Of a DNA stretch of 41,155 nt, positions 22,726 through 31,993 are shown piece after piece (the first letter of the stretch is position 1; each line of letters begins with the position of its first letter). The stretch is taken from the IMG/VR virus record IMGVR_UViG_3300029619_000017; one strand, written 5' to 3'. The translations under genes and the position numbers were made by a program. The notes under the pieces are model-generated. The model was not told the DNA's origin. It did no database searches and saw nothing but the letters and a program-made list of their open reading frames with translations. Source of the stretch: a virus.

Positions 22726-24127
22726 TAAAAGCAATTACAATATCCTTTCGATACCGTACATAAACGAAAAGCAAAAACAGTTTTTGAAATCAGAAAAGAA
22801 ATATACCGGCTACGGCGGTGCTCGCGGCGGTGGAAAATCGTGGGCGGTAAGAACAAAGGCAAAGCTTTTGTGTCTGCGTTACGCAGGAATAAAAGTACTT
22901 ATTGTCAGAAGAAGCTATCCCGAGCTTACGGCGAATCATATTGATGTGCTTCGTCCCGAGCTTGCGGGCATAGCAAAATATAATAAGCAGGAAAAGATGT
23001 TCACATTCGCAAACGGCAGCACCATTTCATTCAGATATTGTGCCAAAGACAGCGATCTTGATAATTTTCAAGGTTCGGAATATGACTGTATCTTTCTCGA
23101 CGAGGCAACACAGCTTTCGGAACATCAGTTTGAAGTGCTTCGTGCCTGCCTTCGTGGTGTCAACAATTTCCCCAAGCGAATGTATCTGACCTGCAACCCC
23201 GGCGGACAGGGTCATGCATGGGTCAAGAGGCTTTTTATCGACAGGCGTTTTAAGGAGACCGAAAACCCCGATGATTATGTTTTTATTCAGGCTCTTGTTC
23301 AGGATAATAAACCGCTTATGAAAAACCAACCCGATTATGTGCAGCAGCTTGAAGGACTGACGGGAAAGCTGAAAAAAGCGTGGCTTTACGGCGATTGGAA
23401 TATCTTTGAGGGACAGTTCTTTGAAGATTTTGTAGACGATCCCGGCCACTATGAGGACAGGACATTCACAAATGTCATTAAGGCCTTTGAGCCGCCCGAA
23501 GGGTGGACGATATATCGGTCTTACGACTTCGGTTATTCAGACCCTTTCTCCTGCGGGTGGTGGGCTGTGGACTACGAAGGACGGCTATACCGTATCCTTG
23601 AATGCTACGGTTGCAAGCCAAATGAGCCGGACACGGGCGTTAAATGGACCCCCGATGAGCAGTTTGCGGAAATTTCCCGAATCGAGCGGGAGCACCCGTG
23701 GCTCAAGGGCAAGAAAATACACGGTGTTGCCGATCCGTCCATTTGGGACGGTTCCAAAGGCGTTTCCACGGCCGACACGGCACGAAGATACGGCATATAT
23801 TTTGAACCGGGTATCAATGCCCGTATTCCGGGGTGGATGCAGATGCATTACAGATTTGCTTTTGACGAAAACGGCTATCCGATGATGTATATCTTTGACA
23901 CTTGCAAGGATTTCATAAGGACGATACCCACCCTTATATATTCCGAGACAAAGCCCGAAGACCTTGACACCGAGCTTGAGGATCATATAGCAGATGAGAC
24001 AAGATATATGTGTATGGCTCGGCCTATCAAACCCACAAAAAGAACTGCAAAAGAGCCTGTCTTTGATGACCCGCTCGAACTACAGCCGGACAAGGATAAG
24101 TATTATCGCAAAATTGAGGTGTTTTAA
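22715..24127 (+). CDS. terL: Terminase large subunit
   Basis: GGAGAG RBS then ATG 22715. Walker A YGGARGGGKSW, Walker B-like CIFLDEAT, and a C-terminal nuclease region with acidic residues. Confidence 0.9.
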   Translation: MQSNKSNYNILSIPYINEKQKQFLKSEKKYTGYGGARGGGKSWAVRTKAKLLCLRYAGIKVLIVRRSYPELTANHIDVLRPELAGIAKYNKQEKMFTFANGSTISFRYCAKDSDLDNFQGSEYDCIFLDEATQLSEHQFEVLRACLRGVNNFPKRMYLTCNPGGQGHAWVKRLFIDRRFKETENPDDYVFIQALVQDNKPLMKNQPDYVQQLEGLTGKLKKAWLYGDWNIFEGQFFEDFVDDPGHYEDRTFTNVIKAFEPPEGWTIYRSYDFGYSDPFSCGWWAVDYEGRLYRILECYGCKPNEPDTGVKWTPDEQFAEISRIEREHPWLKGKKIHGVADPSIWDGSKGVSTADTARRYGIYFEPGINARIPGWMQMHYRFAFDENGYPMMYIFDTCKDFIRTIPTLIYSETKPEDLDTELEDHIADETRYMCMARPIKPTKRTAKEPVFDDPLELQPDKDKYYRKIEVF

Positions 24128-26067
24128 TGGCATTTTTAGATTTATTTAAGAAAAAGGGTGGACAAACGCCCGAAGAGACAGAAGTAACAAGCGCAGACGA
24201 AGCAGTCGAGGCCGAAAAAGTGGTTGACAAGATAGGCCCCGAACAGGTCAGAGCGGCACGACAGAGGCTTGAAAAGTATCGTCAAGGCAAAGCACAAATC
24301 GAAAATCGAATAATTGAAAATGAGAAATGGTGGAGACTCAGGCACAGTCACACGGGAGATGACGATCAGATGTCAAATTCTGCGTGGCTTTTTAACTGTA
24401 TTATATCAAAACATGCCGACGCTATGGACTCATATCCCGAATTTAACATACGCCCTCACGAAGAAGGAGACAAGCAGGAGGCCACCGTGCTTACCTCTAT
24501 TATGCCGACTCTCCTTGACCAAAACGATTTCGAGGACACATATTCGGCCGCATGGGACTATAAGCTTAAAAACGGCTTGACCTGCTACGGTATCTTTTGG
24601 GGCTCTGAAAAACATAATGGTCTCGGCGATGTGGCTATATCAAAAGTAGATATACTCAATCTTTTTTGGGAGCCGGGCATAACCGATTTGCAAAACAGCC
24701 GTGATATTTTTGTAGTGAATCTTGTTGACAACGACTTATTGTCTCAGCAATACCCCGAGCTCGTTGGAAACCTCTCCTCCCCTGCTATCACCGTGAAGCA
24801 ATATGCGCATGATGACAGTATTGACACTTCCGACAAAACGGCGGTGGTTGATTGGTATTATAAAACCGTCGTGGACGGCAAAACCCTATTGCACTATTGC
24901 AAATTTGCAAACGACATTGTTTTGTACGCCACCGAAAACGAGACGGAACCTATCGTCGATGAGCAAGGAAATATCATTCGGGAAGCTCCCGCCGCGGCGG
25001 GTCTTTATGCCGACGGAGATTATCCTTTTGAGCTTGACCGTCTATTTTGCGAAGAGGGAACGCTTGACGCATTCGGTTATGTGGATGTTTGCAAAAATCC
25101 GCAAAGATATATCGACCTTATGAATAAAGCGATTGCCAACAACACGGTTATGGCTGCCACTCCGAGATTTTTTATTCGAGAGGACGGACAGATAAGCGAG
25201 GAGGAGTTCAGAGACTGGACAAAGCCCTTTGTGCACACGGCCTCCGGCCTATCGGATGACGATTTAAGACAATTCACCGTTTCCCCTATCGGGGGGAATG
25301 TGCTTAACGCACTGAGTCAGCGCATAGACGAACTCAAAGAGACCTCCGGCAATCGTGATGTGAACAATGGCGGAAGCGTTTCGGGCGTGACGGCTGCTTC
25401 AGGTATCGCCGCATTACAAGAGCAGGGCGGCAAGCTTTCAAGAGATATGATAAAAGCGTCGTATCGAGTGTATAAGCGCATTATTCAAAAATGCATTGAA
25501 CGCATCAGACAATTTTATGATATTCCGAGAACATTTCGAATCGTGGGAGAAATGGGAGCGGAGGAATTCGTACAATACAGCAATGCGAATTTGGCCGCAC
25601 AAAGCTTTGAAATGGGCTTCGGGGGCGGTCAAGGCTACCGTGTGCCTGAATTTGACATCGAGGTCACAGCCGAAAAAGCCTCTCCTTATACAAAACTGGC
25701 CAACAATGAGCTTATGCTCCAGCTTTTTCAACTGGGTGTGCTCAATCCTCAAATGGCCGACCAGTCACTGGCACTGCTTGATGTTATGGACTTTTCCCAC
25801 AAAGACTCTCTCATGCAGAAGATACAGCAGAACGGCCTTATGTATCAAAAAATACAAGTCCTTCAGCAACAGCTCCTCAGCCTTGCACAGTTTACCGACG
25901 GAGAGCTTGGCACAAACTATCTCGGCACAATTGCACAGCAATTTGGCATCGAGGAACAGCCAATGCCGTCGGGTAACACGAATATAGACCTTAACGGCGT
26001 AAGCGCAGAAAATTCACAGGTAAAAAAAGCGAGGCAGAGAGCAAACGACGCTTCAAGTCCCGCATAA
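24127..26067 (+). CDS. Portal protein
   Basis: 646 aa. The start overlaps the terL stop (TAATG). Size and position are typical, but I recognised no diagnostic motif by eye. Confidence 0.7.
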   Translation: MAFLDLFKKKGGQTPEETEVTSADEAVEAEKVVDKIGPEQVRAARQRLEKYRQGKAQIENRIIENEKWWRLRHSHTGDDDQMSNSAWLFNCIISKHADAMDSYPEFNIRPHEEGDKQEATVLTSIMPTLLDQNDFEDTYSAAWDYKLKNGLTCYGIFWGSEKHNGLGDVAISKVDILNLFWEPGITDLQNSRDIFVVNLVDNDLLSQQYPELVGNLSSPAITVKQYAHDDSIDTSDKTAVVDWYYKTVVDGKTLLHYCKFANDIVLYATENETEPIVDEQGNIIREAPAAAGLYADGDYPFELDRLFCEEGTLDAFGYVDVCKNPQRYIDLMNKAIANNTVMAATPRFFIREDGQISEEEFRDWTKPFVHTASGLSDDDLRQFTVSPIGGNVLNALSQRIDELKETSGNRDVNNGGSVSGVTAASGIAALQEQGGKLSRDMIKASYRVYKRIIQKCIERIRQFYDIPRTFRIVGEMGAEEFVQYSNANLAAQSFEMGFGGGQGYRVPEFDIEVTAEKASPYTKLANNELMLQLFQLGVLNPQMADQSLALLDVMDFSHKDSLMQKIQQNGLMYQKIQVLQQQLLSLAQFTDGELGTNYLGTIAQQFGIEEQPMPSGNTNIDLNGVSAENSQVKKARQRANDASSPA

Positions 26068-26076
26068 GGAGGACAT

Positions 26077-26406
26077 ATGATTAAGATTTATTCAAACATC
26101 GAAAAATGCACGGTAAAAGTGACAGGGCATGCTACAAACGGCGAGGGCAAAAATCCGCTTGTGTGTGCGGGAATATCCGCTCTTGTTTCGGGGCTTGCCC
26201 AAAATGTTATGTTTGCTCATGACATCAAGCAGCTAAAAGAAGTTCCTTGCGTAAAGCTTGAGGAGGGCAATGCGGAAATATCCTGCAAGCCAATAAAAGC
26301 GCACGAGGGAGCAATTCAGTATTTGTTTATGGCTTTTGACATTTGCTTTAGGCAAATGCAAAACCAGTTTTCTGATTTAATAGAATTTTGCGGAGATGAG
26401 GAATAA
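26077..26406 (+). CDS. prp: Prp-like cysteine protease (ribosomal-processing protease/DUF464 family)
   Basis: 109 aa. ...VKVTGHATNGEGKNPLVCAGISALVSGLAQNV carries the GHA histidine and VCA cysteine dyad of Prp. Confidence 0.75.
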   Translation: MIKIYSNIEKCTVKVTGHATNGEGKNPLVCAGISALVSGLAQNVMFAHDIKQLKEVPCVKLEEGNAEISCKPIKAHEGAIQYLFMAFDICFRQMQNQFSDLIEFCGDEE

Positions 26407-26425
26407 TCCTCACCTCCGTTTTAAT

Positions 26426-26473
26426 TTGACGCCGTGGAAAGACACGAGATTGACGCCGTGGAAAGACACGAGA
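26426..26473 (+). repeat. Perfect 24-bp tandem duplication TTGACGCCGTGGAAAGACACGAGA x2 in the scaffold-gene leader
   Basis: Copies at 26426-26449 and 26450-26473, read directly. The second copy ends 12 nt before ATG 26486. Confidence 0.9.
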
Positions 26474-26485
26474 AAGGAACAATTT

Positions 26486-27334
26486 ATGTTCGAATTTTTA
26501 TCTGTAATCCTTAACCTTTTTGACGGTGAAGGAGGCGACACCGGTGACGGTGGCGGAGACAATGGGAGCGAGACGGCGCAGACCTCCCCTGCGGACGGCG
26601 GTACGGCGGGTACCGACGAAACATTAAGAGCCGAGCAGTATTCCAAATTCAAGGCCGATTACAAAGATCTCTTTGACGCAGAAGTCAAGGGTCTGATCAA
26701 CGACAGGTTTAAGAAGTCCAAGGAAACCGAAAAGCAGCTGAAGGCCTTTTCAACGGTCGGACAGAGGCTTTCGGAAAAATACGGCGTGGACGGCAACGAT
26801 CCTGCCGCAATCCTTAAGGCACTTGATGAGGATGACAGCTTTTACGAAGCCGAAGCCCTCAAAAAGGGAATGCCGGTTGACGAGCTTAAAAAGTCAAAGG
26901 CTTTGCTTCGTGAAAACGAGGCGCTCAAGGGACAATTAGCCGAAAGAAACAGGCAGGAAACCATTGAAAAGCAAGTTTCGGAGTGGATGAAACAAGCGAA
27001 TGACGCCCAGCGTATATATCCGCAGTTAAATCTTGAAGCCGAGCTGCAAAACGAACGTTTCCGTTCACTGCTGCAAACGCCGGGGATAACAGTCAGAGAT
27101 GTGTACGAGATTATACATCGAGATGAGATTATGCCTGCGTATACGCAATTCGTGGAACAAAAAGCGCAAAAGGCCGTTGCCGACAGCGTAAAAGCCAACG
27201 GACAAAGGCCGAAGGAAAACGCCTTAAACAATTCGGCTCCCGCCAAGACAAAAAGCGACCCGTCCACATGGTCAAAATCTGAGCTTGAGGACGTGTCAAG
27301 ACGAGTACAACGGGGAGAAAAAATAAAACTTTAA
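26486..27334 (+). CDS. Scaffolding protein with an N-terminal Prp-type cleavage signal
   Basis: ATG 26486. MFEFLSVILNLFDGEGG..., acidic/glycine-rich then long K/E-rich helical sequence. Lies between portal/Prp and the capsid gene. Confidence 0.65.
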   Translation: MFEFLSVILNLFDGEGGDTGDGGGDNGSETAQTSPADGGTAGTDETLRAEQYSKFKADYKDLFDAEVKGLINDRFKKSKETEKQLKAFSTVGQRLSEKYGVDGNDPAAILKALDEDDSFYEAEALKKGMPVDELKKSKALLRENEALKGQLAERNRQETIEKQVSEWMKQANDAQRIYPQLNLEAELQNERFRSLLQTPGITVRDVYEIIHRDEIMPAYTQFVEQKAQKAVADSVKANGQRPKENALNNSAPAKTKSDPSTWSKSELEDVSRRVQRGEKIKL

Positions 27335-27367
27335 AGCTCTCCCCGAAAAGAAGGGAGAAAAAAACAA

Positions 27368-28621
27368 ATGAAACTATTAAAAATTATCCTCAATCTGTTT
27401 GACGGTTCCACCTCGCCCGACACCACCACCTCGCCCGGCATGTCCGCCGAGATGAAAACCTACTACGATAAGCAGCTGCTTACCAATGCCGAACCCCTGC
27501 TTATTCATGACCAGTTCGCCGACAAAAAACCCATTCCTCAGGGAAGCGGCAAGACCATAGAGTTCCGCCGCTTTGCTTCCCTACCTAAGGCTCTGACCGC
27601 CCTTACCGAAGCTGTAACTCCCAAGGGACAGAACATGAGCGTTTCGGCGATTACCGCAACCGTTAAGCAGTACGGCAACTGGATTCAGTCATCCGATCTT
27701 CTTCAGATGACCACCATTGACCCGGTGCTTGACGAAAGAACCAAAATTCTCGGCAGTCAGGCGGGACGAACCCTCGACACCATTACCCGAGAAATCGCAA
27801 ACGGCGGCACCAATGTTCAGTACGCACACAAGGTTTCGGGAGGCCAAAAAGCTCCGACTTACAGCCGCGGCGATCTGACGAAGGATTGTCACCTTACCCG
27901 CGACGAAATCTTCCGCGCGGCCGCAACCCTTAAAGCCAAGAATGCACCCACCATTGACGGCAAGTATGTTGCCATCATCCACCCCTACACCGCATACGAC
28001 ATAATGTCATCGGATGACTGGATAGATGTAAACAAATACAGCAACGCAACCAAGATTTTCAACGGCGAAATCGGCTCTCTCGGCGGGGTACGTTTTGTCG
28101 AAACCACCGAAGCTAAGGTGTTCCTTCCCGGTAAAATCTTCGGCGGCGGTGAAAGCTCGGCCGTGGTTGCGGCTGAAGCTGCTTCATCGACCACCACCAT
28201 TAAGGTCAGTGGCGTATTTACCAAGGCCTCGACCACCGTAAAGGTGTATGTTAACGGTACCGCAAATACCATTACCGCCGTTTCGGCAAACAGCTCCGAA
28301 GGCACGACCACACTTACTCTCGGCACGGCTCTTGCGGCGGCGGTTCCTGCCGGATCGGTCGTTTGCGGAACCGGAGCCTCAAAAAGTGCAGGCGCAGTAT
28401 TCAGTACCCTTGTACTCGGTGCTCATGCATATGCCACCACCGAGCTTTCGGGCGGCGGATTGCAGCACATCGTTAAGCAGCTCGGTTACGGAGATGACCC
28501 CCTCAATCAGAGGAGCTCGTCCGGCTGGAAAGCAACTAAGACCGCAGCCATTCTTAATCAGTTCTACATGGTGCGCATTGAGTCAATCAATGATTACAGT
28601 GCTGTGATCAGCGAAAATTAA
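27368..28621 (+). CDS. Major capsid protein with an N-terminal Prp-type cleavage signal and an internal insertion domain
   Basis: 417 aa. MKLLKIILNLFDGSTS.... Position after the scaffold gene. A T/S/A-rich beta-like insertion lies at about 28140-28390. Confidence 0.75.
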   Translation: MKLLKIILNLFDGSTSPDTTTSPGMSAEMKTYYDKQLLTNAEPLLIHDQFADKKPIPQGSGKTIEFRRFASLPKALTALTEAVTPKGQNMSVSAITATVKQYGNWIQSSDLLQMTTIDPVLDERTKILGSQAGRTLDTITREIANGGTNVQYAHKVSGGQKAPTYSRGDLTKDCHLTRDEIFRAAATLKAKNAPTIDGKYVAIIHPYTAYDIMSSDDWIDVNKYSNATKIFNGEIGSLGGVRFVETTEAKVFLPGKIFGGGESSAVVAAEAASSTTTIKVSGVFTKASTTVKVYVNGTANTITAVSANSSEGTTTLTLGTALAAAVPAGSVVCGTGASKSAGAVFSTLVLGAHAYATTELSGGGLQHIVKQLGYGDDPLNQRSSSGWKATKTAAILNQFYMVRIESINDYSAVISEN

Positions 28622-28634
28622 GGAGGAAATCCAA

Positions 28635-28868
28635 ATGGCAAAAGAAGTAAAGCTCGAAAATCCTATGCTTGAATTTGTCAATGTTAAAATTCCCGCCGAC
28701 CCGGTTCTTAAAAAGGAACCGATTCAGGTAGGAATCAACGGTAAAACATATTTTGTGCCGAGAGGTACAGAGTGTTCGATACCGAAGCCTGTCGCAGAAG
28801 TCATCGCAAACTCCTTCGCACAGCAGGAAGCTGCCGACGATTTTCTTGACAGCCTTGCACAGGATTAA
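28635..28868 (+). CDS. Small head-associated hypothetical protein
   Basis: 77-aa ORF with a GGAGGA RBS, followed by a strong terminator. Confidence 0.5.
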   Translation: MAKEVKLENPMLEFVNVKIPADPVLKKEPIQVGINGKTYFVPRGTECSIPKPVAEVIANSFAQQEAADDFLDSLAQD

Positions 28869-28876
28869 GGAACGTT

Positions 28877-28911
28877 ATAAGGCGGGAGTTCTCCTCTCGC
28901 CTTATTTTCTT
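28877..28911 (+). terminator. Rho-independent terminator after the capsid operon
   Basis: 12-bp stem 28877-28888/28894-28905 (one G-U pair), 5-nt loop, then tttctt. Confidence 0.8.
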
Positions 28912-28927
28912 AACGGAGGGAAAAGAA

Positions 28928-29299
28928 ATGACGGTACAAGACGCAATAGATAACGCAAAGCTTATGTGTGACGATCAATTCGACGATTCGGTCAAGTTTG
29001 TATGGATTCGCAACCTCGACCTTCAAATATACAATTCAATAATAAACACTCACAACGAAGATATGGAAGTCCCTGAGGAGTATTCGAGTGACACGGTTAT
29101 TATCATGCCTGCCCCCTACAATGAGGCTTACGGCTTTTATATTCAGGCACAGAGCTGTCTTGCGAATGCCGAAATAGACGAATACAACAACGCTATGTCG
29201 ATGTGTCAAAGCCTTATAGCGGATTTCCGTAATTTTTGGAACAGTAAGTACCCTTCTAAGACAACGGCTGAGGGGAAAAACAAGATGATACTATGGTAG
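28928..29299 (+). CDS. Putative head-tail adaptor
   Basis: 123-aa ORF, first gene after the capsid terminator. Called from position only. Confidence 0.4.
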   Translation: MTVQDAIDNAKLMCDDQFDDSVKFVWIRNLDLQIYNSIINTHNEDMEVPEEYSSDTVIIMPAPYNEAYGFYIQAQSCLANAEIDEYNNAMSMCQSLIADFRNFWNSKYPSKTTAEGKNKMILW

Positions 29300-29308
29300 G
29301 TGACATAT

Positions 29309-31402
29309 ATGAGCTATCCTATGCTGAATTCTCTCGGGAGAACACAGGAGTTTATACAGGAATTCAAGGGCTATAATCATAACTTACGTATAGGCTCATC
29401 GGAATTCTTTGACATGGAGAATTTGTCGTGTGATGACTATCCTATCATGACAACGAGAAAGAAAAGATACGAAATTGCTCAAACAAGAGCTTGTAGAGGA
29501 ATGGTGTCAAGAGGATTTGAGCATCCTATGTGGCTTGATGTTGACCCCTCCGATACTAAAGCCAATCCGAGCTTGTGGATATATGACAACGGCCAAAAGC
29601 AACAGACAACCGCCACAGGAGGTCTATTTATTCAAAGCACATCAAAAGCTGACAGACAAATGGTCAAGCTCGGAAGCAAGGTGTGTATATTTCCCGACAA
29701 AATATGGTTTGACAGCGAATGGGACTCGGCCGGAGAAGTCGACATAAAGAAAACATGGAACAAAATGGAGATATTTAACCCCGAGCTTCACACCGGACAG
29801 ACCACAAGCGCAGGTCATTACCGTACATTTATTGAATTTGTCCCTTGCGACGGAGACGGCAATGTTTATGTTCTTTCGTGGACACAGCATGACGAGCCGA
29901 GCAATGTAACAGAGAGCGATAACGGGAAATACTGGCTTTATACACCTGACAAAAACAATTCCGACAACAATAAAAAGTATGGAAGCTCGGCCGTGCTTTT
30001 CAAGCTTAGTTACCGAAACGAAAAAGCCTCATGGCTTCAAGTCTATGATTGGAAAACCGCTGTGAGAGACGATTTCGGAGCGTATTTATTCACCGGGCTT
30101 AAATCCGGAGACGTGGTTGACTTTTACTTCACGGACGATACAACCGCTAACGACACTCCACTCACCCGAGAAGACAACAACGATTATGCCGGAGATTTTC
30201 AAAAGGTCAATAAGACAACGTATACGGCGGCAACCGGCAAAAAAAGCTTTTACAAATATGCGTCTCGCGGCTACAAACTTACCGGAATGCTCAACGGCGA
30301 GGGCGGTATCATTCTTGACGTTCAGCTTGAGCCGTTTACATTTACGGTTACGGGTCCCGAGACAAATACCGACCAATACAACGTTAATTTTCTGAGTTTT
30401 GCAATATGCCGCAGAGTTCCCGATTTGGCATATGTGACCGAATATAACAACCGTCTTTGGGGATGTTCAAAGGACGGTCACGAAATTTATTGTACAAAGC
30501 TCGGAGACCCCGATAACTGGTATGCGTATGAAGGAATAAGCACCGACGCAGAGGCAATAACGGTCGGCACTGACGGCCTTTTCACCGGGTGTACTGCTTG
30601 GAACGGTCAAATTTTGTTTTTCAAAGAAAATTGCATACATAAGGTGTATGGAGACTACACTCCTTTCACGGCGGTTACCCTTGACGTCAAGGGCGTACAA
30701 AAAGGCAGTTATCGAGGCATTGCCATAATCGACGGCGTTTTATACTACAAGGCCATTGACGGCATATATGCCTATACGGGCAGTATACCTCAAAAAATTT
30801 CTCAAAATCTCGGGAATATGCTTTACACCGACGCCGTTTTCGGCACACTTGACAAGAAGCTTTACTGTTCCATGACAGACGAACGCGGAGACCATAAGCT
30901 TTTTGTCTATGATACGTCATACGGCATATGGACGAGAGAGCAGGATACCTATATGCGATTTTGCTGTGAATGTGACGGCGATATGTTTTATCTCGACGGA
31001 ACCGACGGCAAAATTAAGACTGTTGGAGGAACAGCCGGAAATCTTAATCTTACCGATACAAACCTTTCGAAAAACCCGTTTATACCGACAGAGGAACGGT
31101 CATTTAATTGGTTTTTTGAGTCGGGAAAGCTCGGGCTTGAAGACCCCAACAAGAAGTCCATATCCCGAATTATGATGAGACTCAAGTTTGAAAAAGGAGC
31201 GAGTCTCACGGTGTCATTGATGTATGATTCATCAGGAACATGGCAGACATACAGAACCGTATCGGCGGCAGAAAAGATGATGACCGTTAATATACCTATT
31301 GTTCCGAGACGGTGTGACCATTTGAAAATCAAGGTATCGGGCAAGGGCGGTTTTTACCTTTTCGGTCTTTCCAAAATGTACAAATCGGGGAGCAGACGAT
31401 GA
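29309..31402 (+). CDS. Putative tail tubular/nozzle protein with beta-propeller-like repeats
   Basis: About 697 aa, with AGGTG then ATG 29309. Recurrent DG.(L/I/F)YY / W.G...FF blade-like motifs in the C-terminal half. Occupies the T7 gp12-equivalent position. Confidence 0.4.
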   Translation: MSYPMLNSLGRTQEFIQEFKGYNHNLRIGSSEFFDMENLSCDDYPIMTTRKKRYEIAQTRACRGMVSRGFEHPMWLDVDPSDTKANPSLWIYDNGQKQQTTATGGLFIQSTSKADRQMVKLGSKVCIFPDKIWFDSEWDSAGEVDIKKTWNKMEIFNPELHTGQTTSAGHYRTFIEFVPCDGDGNVYVLSWTQHDEPSNVTESDNGKYWLYTPDKNNSDNNKKYGSSAVLFKLSYRNEKASWLQVYDWKTAVRDDFGAYLFTGLKSGDVVDFYFTDDTTANDTPLTREDNNDYAGDFQKVNKTTYTAATGKKSFYKYASRGYKLTGMLNGEGGIILDVQLEPFTFTVTGPETNTDQYNVNFLSFAICRRVPDLAYVTEYNNRLWGCSKDGHEIYCTKLGDPDNWYAYEGISTDAEAITVGTDGLFTGCTAWNGQILFFKENCIHKVYGDYTPFTAVTLDVKGVQKGSYRGIAIIDGVLYYKAIDGIYAYTGSIPQKISQNLGNMLYTDAVFGTLDKKLYCSMTDERGDHKLFVYDTSYGIWTREQDTYMRFCCECDGDMFYLDGTDGKIKTVGGTAGNLNLTDTNLSKNPFIPTEERSFNWFFESGKLGLEDPNKKSISRIMMRLKFEKGASLTVSLMYDSSGTWQTYRTVSAAEKMMTVNIPIVPRRCDHLKIKVSGKGGFYLFGLSKMYKSGSRR

Positions 31403-31977
31403 GTAACAAATACAACTATGAATTCCCCCCGACTCTTTCGGGAAATTCTTATCAGCAGATAGGACAGGTCAATGAATATCTATACAAGCTTGTTGATTTG
31501 ATGAGGGCAAAAGAGGCGATTGAATACAACACCGAAGACGGAATTCCCGAAATAAAGGCAGAGCAAAAGACGGCGGGAGTGTTGTTACTGAAAATCGGGA
31601 GCACACTTATCCAAAGCGGGCGTATGAACATCGGATTCAGTGACCTATCAAGTTCCGACTGGTCACTCCCTAAAACCATATCGGTGACAAAACGCACGAG
31701 CGCAGAAACCGAAGTCGGTACTTTTGCTCTCAGGCAGCTTGTATACACCTCTCCCGAAGTGTCTTTCCCCACCGAATACAAGACTATACCGCAGATATTT
31801 ATTGCACCTTCCGACTATATACGAAGCAAAACAGACTATTGCCTTTATGATTTTTCTGTTTGTGACCCAAAAAAAGAAGGTTTTTATGTCAAAAGCAGAA
31901 TAATGTCGGTCGGTTTCTTAATCGAAGATAACGATTTTTCCGTCCCTATTTCATGGCTTTCGATAGGGACGGTTTAA
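31399..31977 (+). CDS. Structural protein; the C-terminal half resembles an H-type-lectin-like beta sandwich
   Basis: 192 aa, ATGA-coupled. ...VSFPTEYKTIPQIFIAPSD...GFYVKS...ISWLSIG pattern. Weak call. Confidence 0.3.
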   Translation: MSNKYNYEFPPTLSGNSYQQIGQVNEYLYKLVDLMRAKEAIEYNTEDGIPEIKAEQKTAGVLLLKIGSTLIQSGRMNIGFSDLSSSDWSLPKTISVTKRTSAETEVGTFALRQLVYTSPEVSFPTEYKTIPQIFIAPSDYIRSKTDYCLYDFSVCDPKKEGFYVKSRIMSVGFLIEDNDFSVPISWLSIGTV

Positions 31978-31993
31978 GAGAGGAGTTTTTTTA

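Noticed and set aside
26396-26485. N-terminal extension of the scaffold ORF translating the tandem repeat as TPWKDTR LTPWKDTR
   Set aside because: The extension overlaps the end of the Prp gene and has no RBS. The same 21-nt motif also occurs in the non-coding terS leader. ATG 26486 gives an N-terminus that matches the capsid protein signal.
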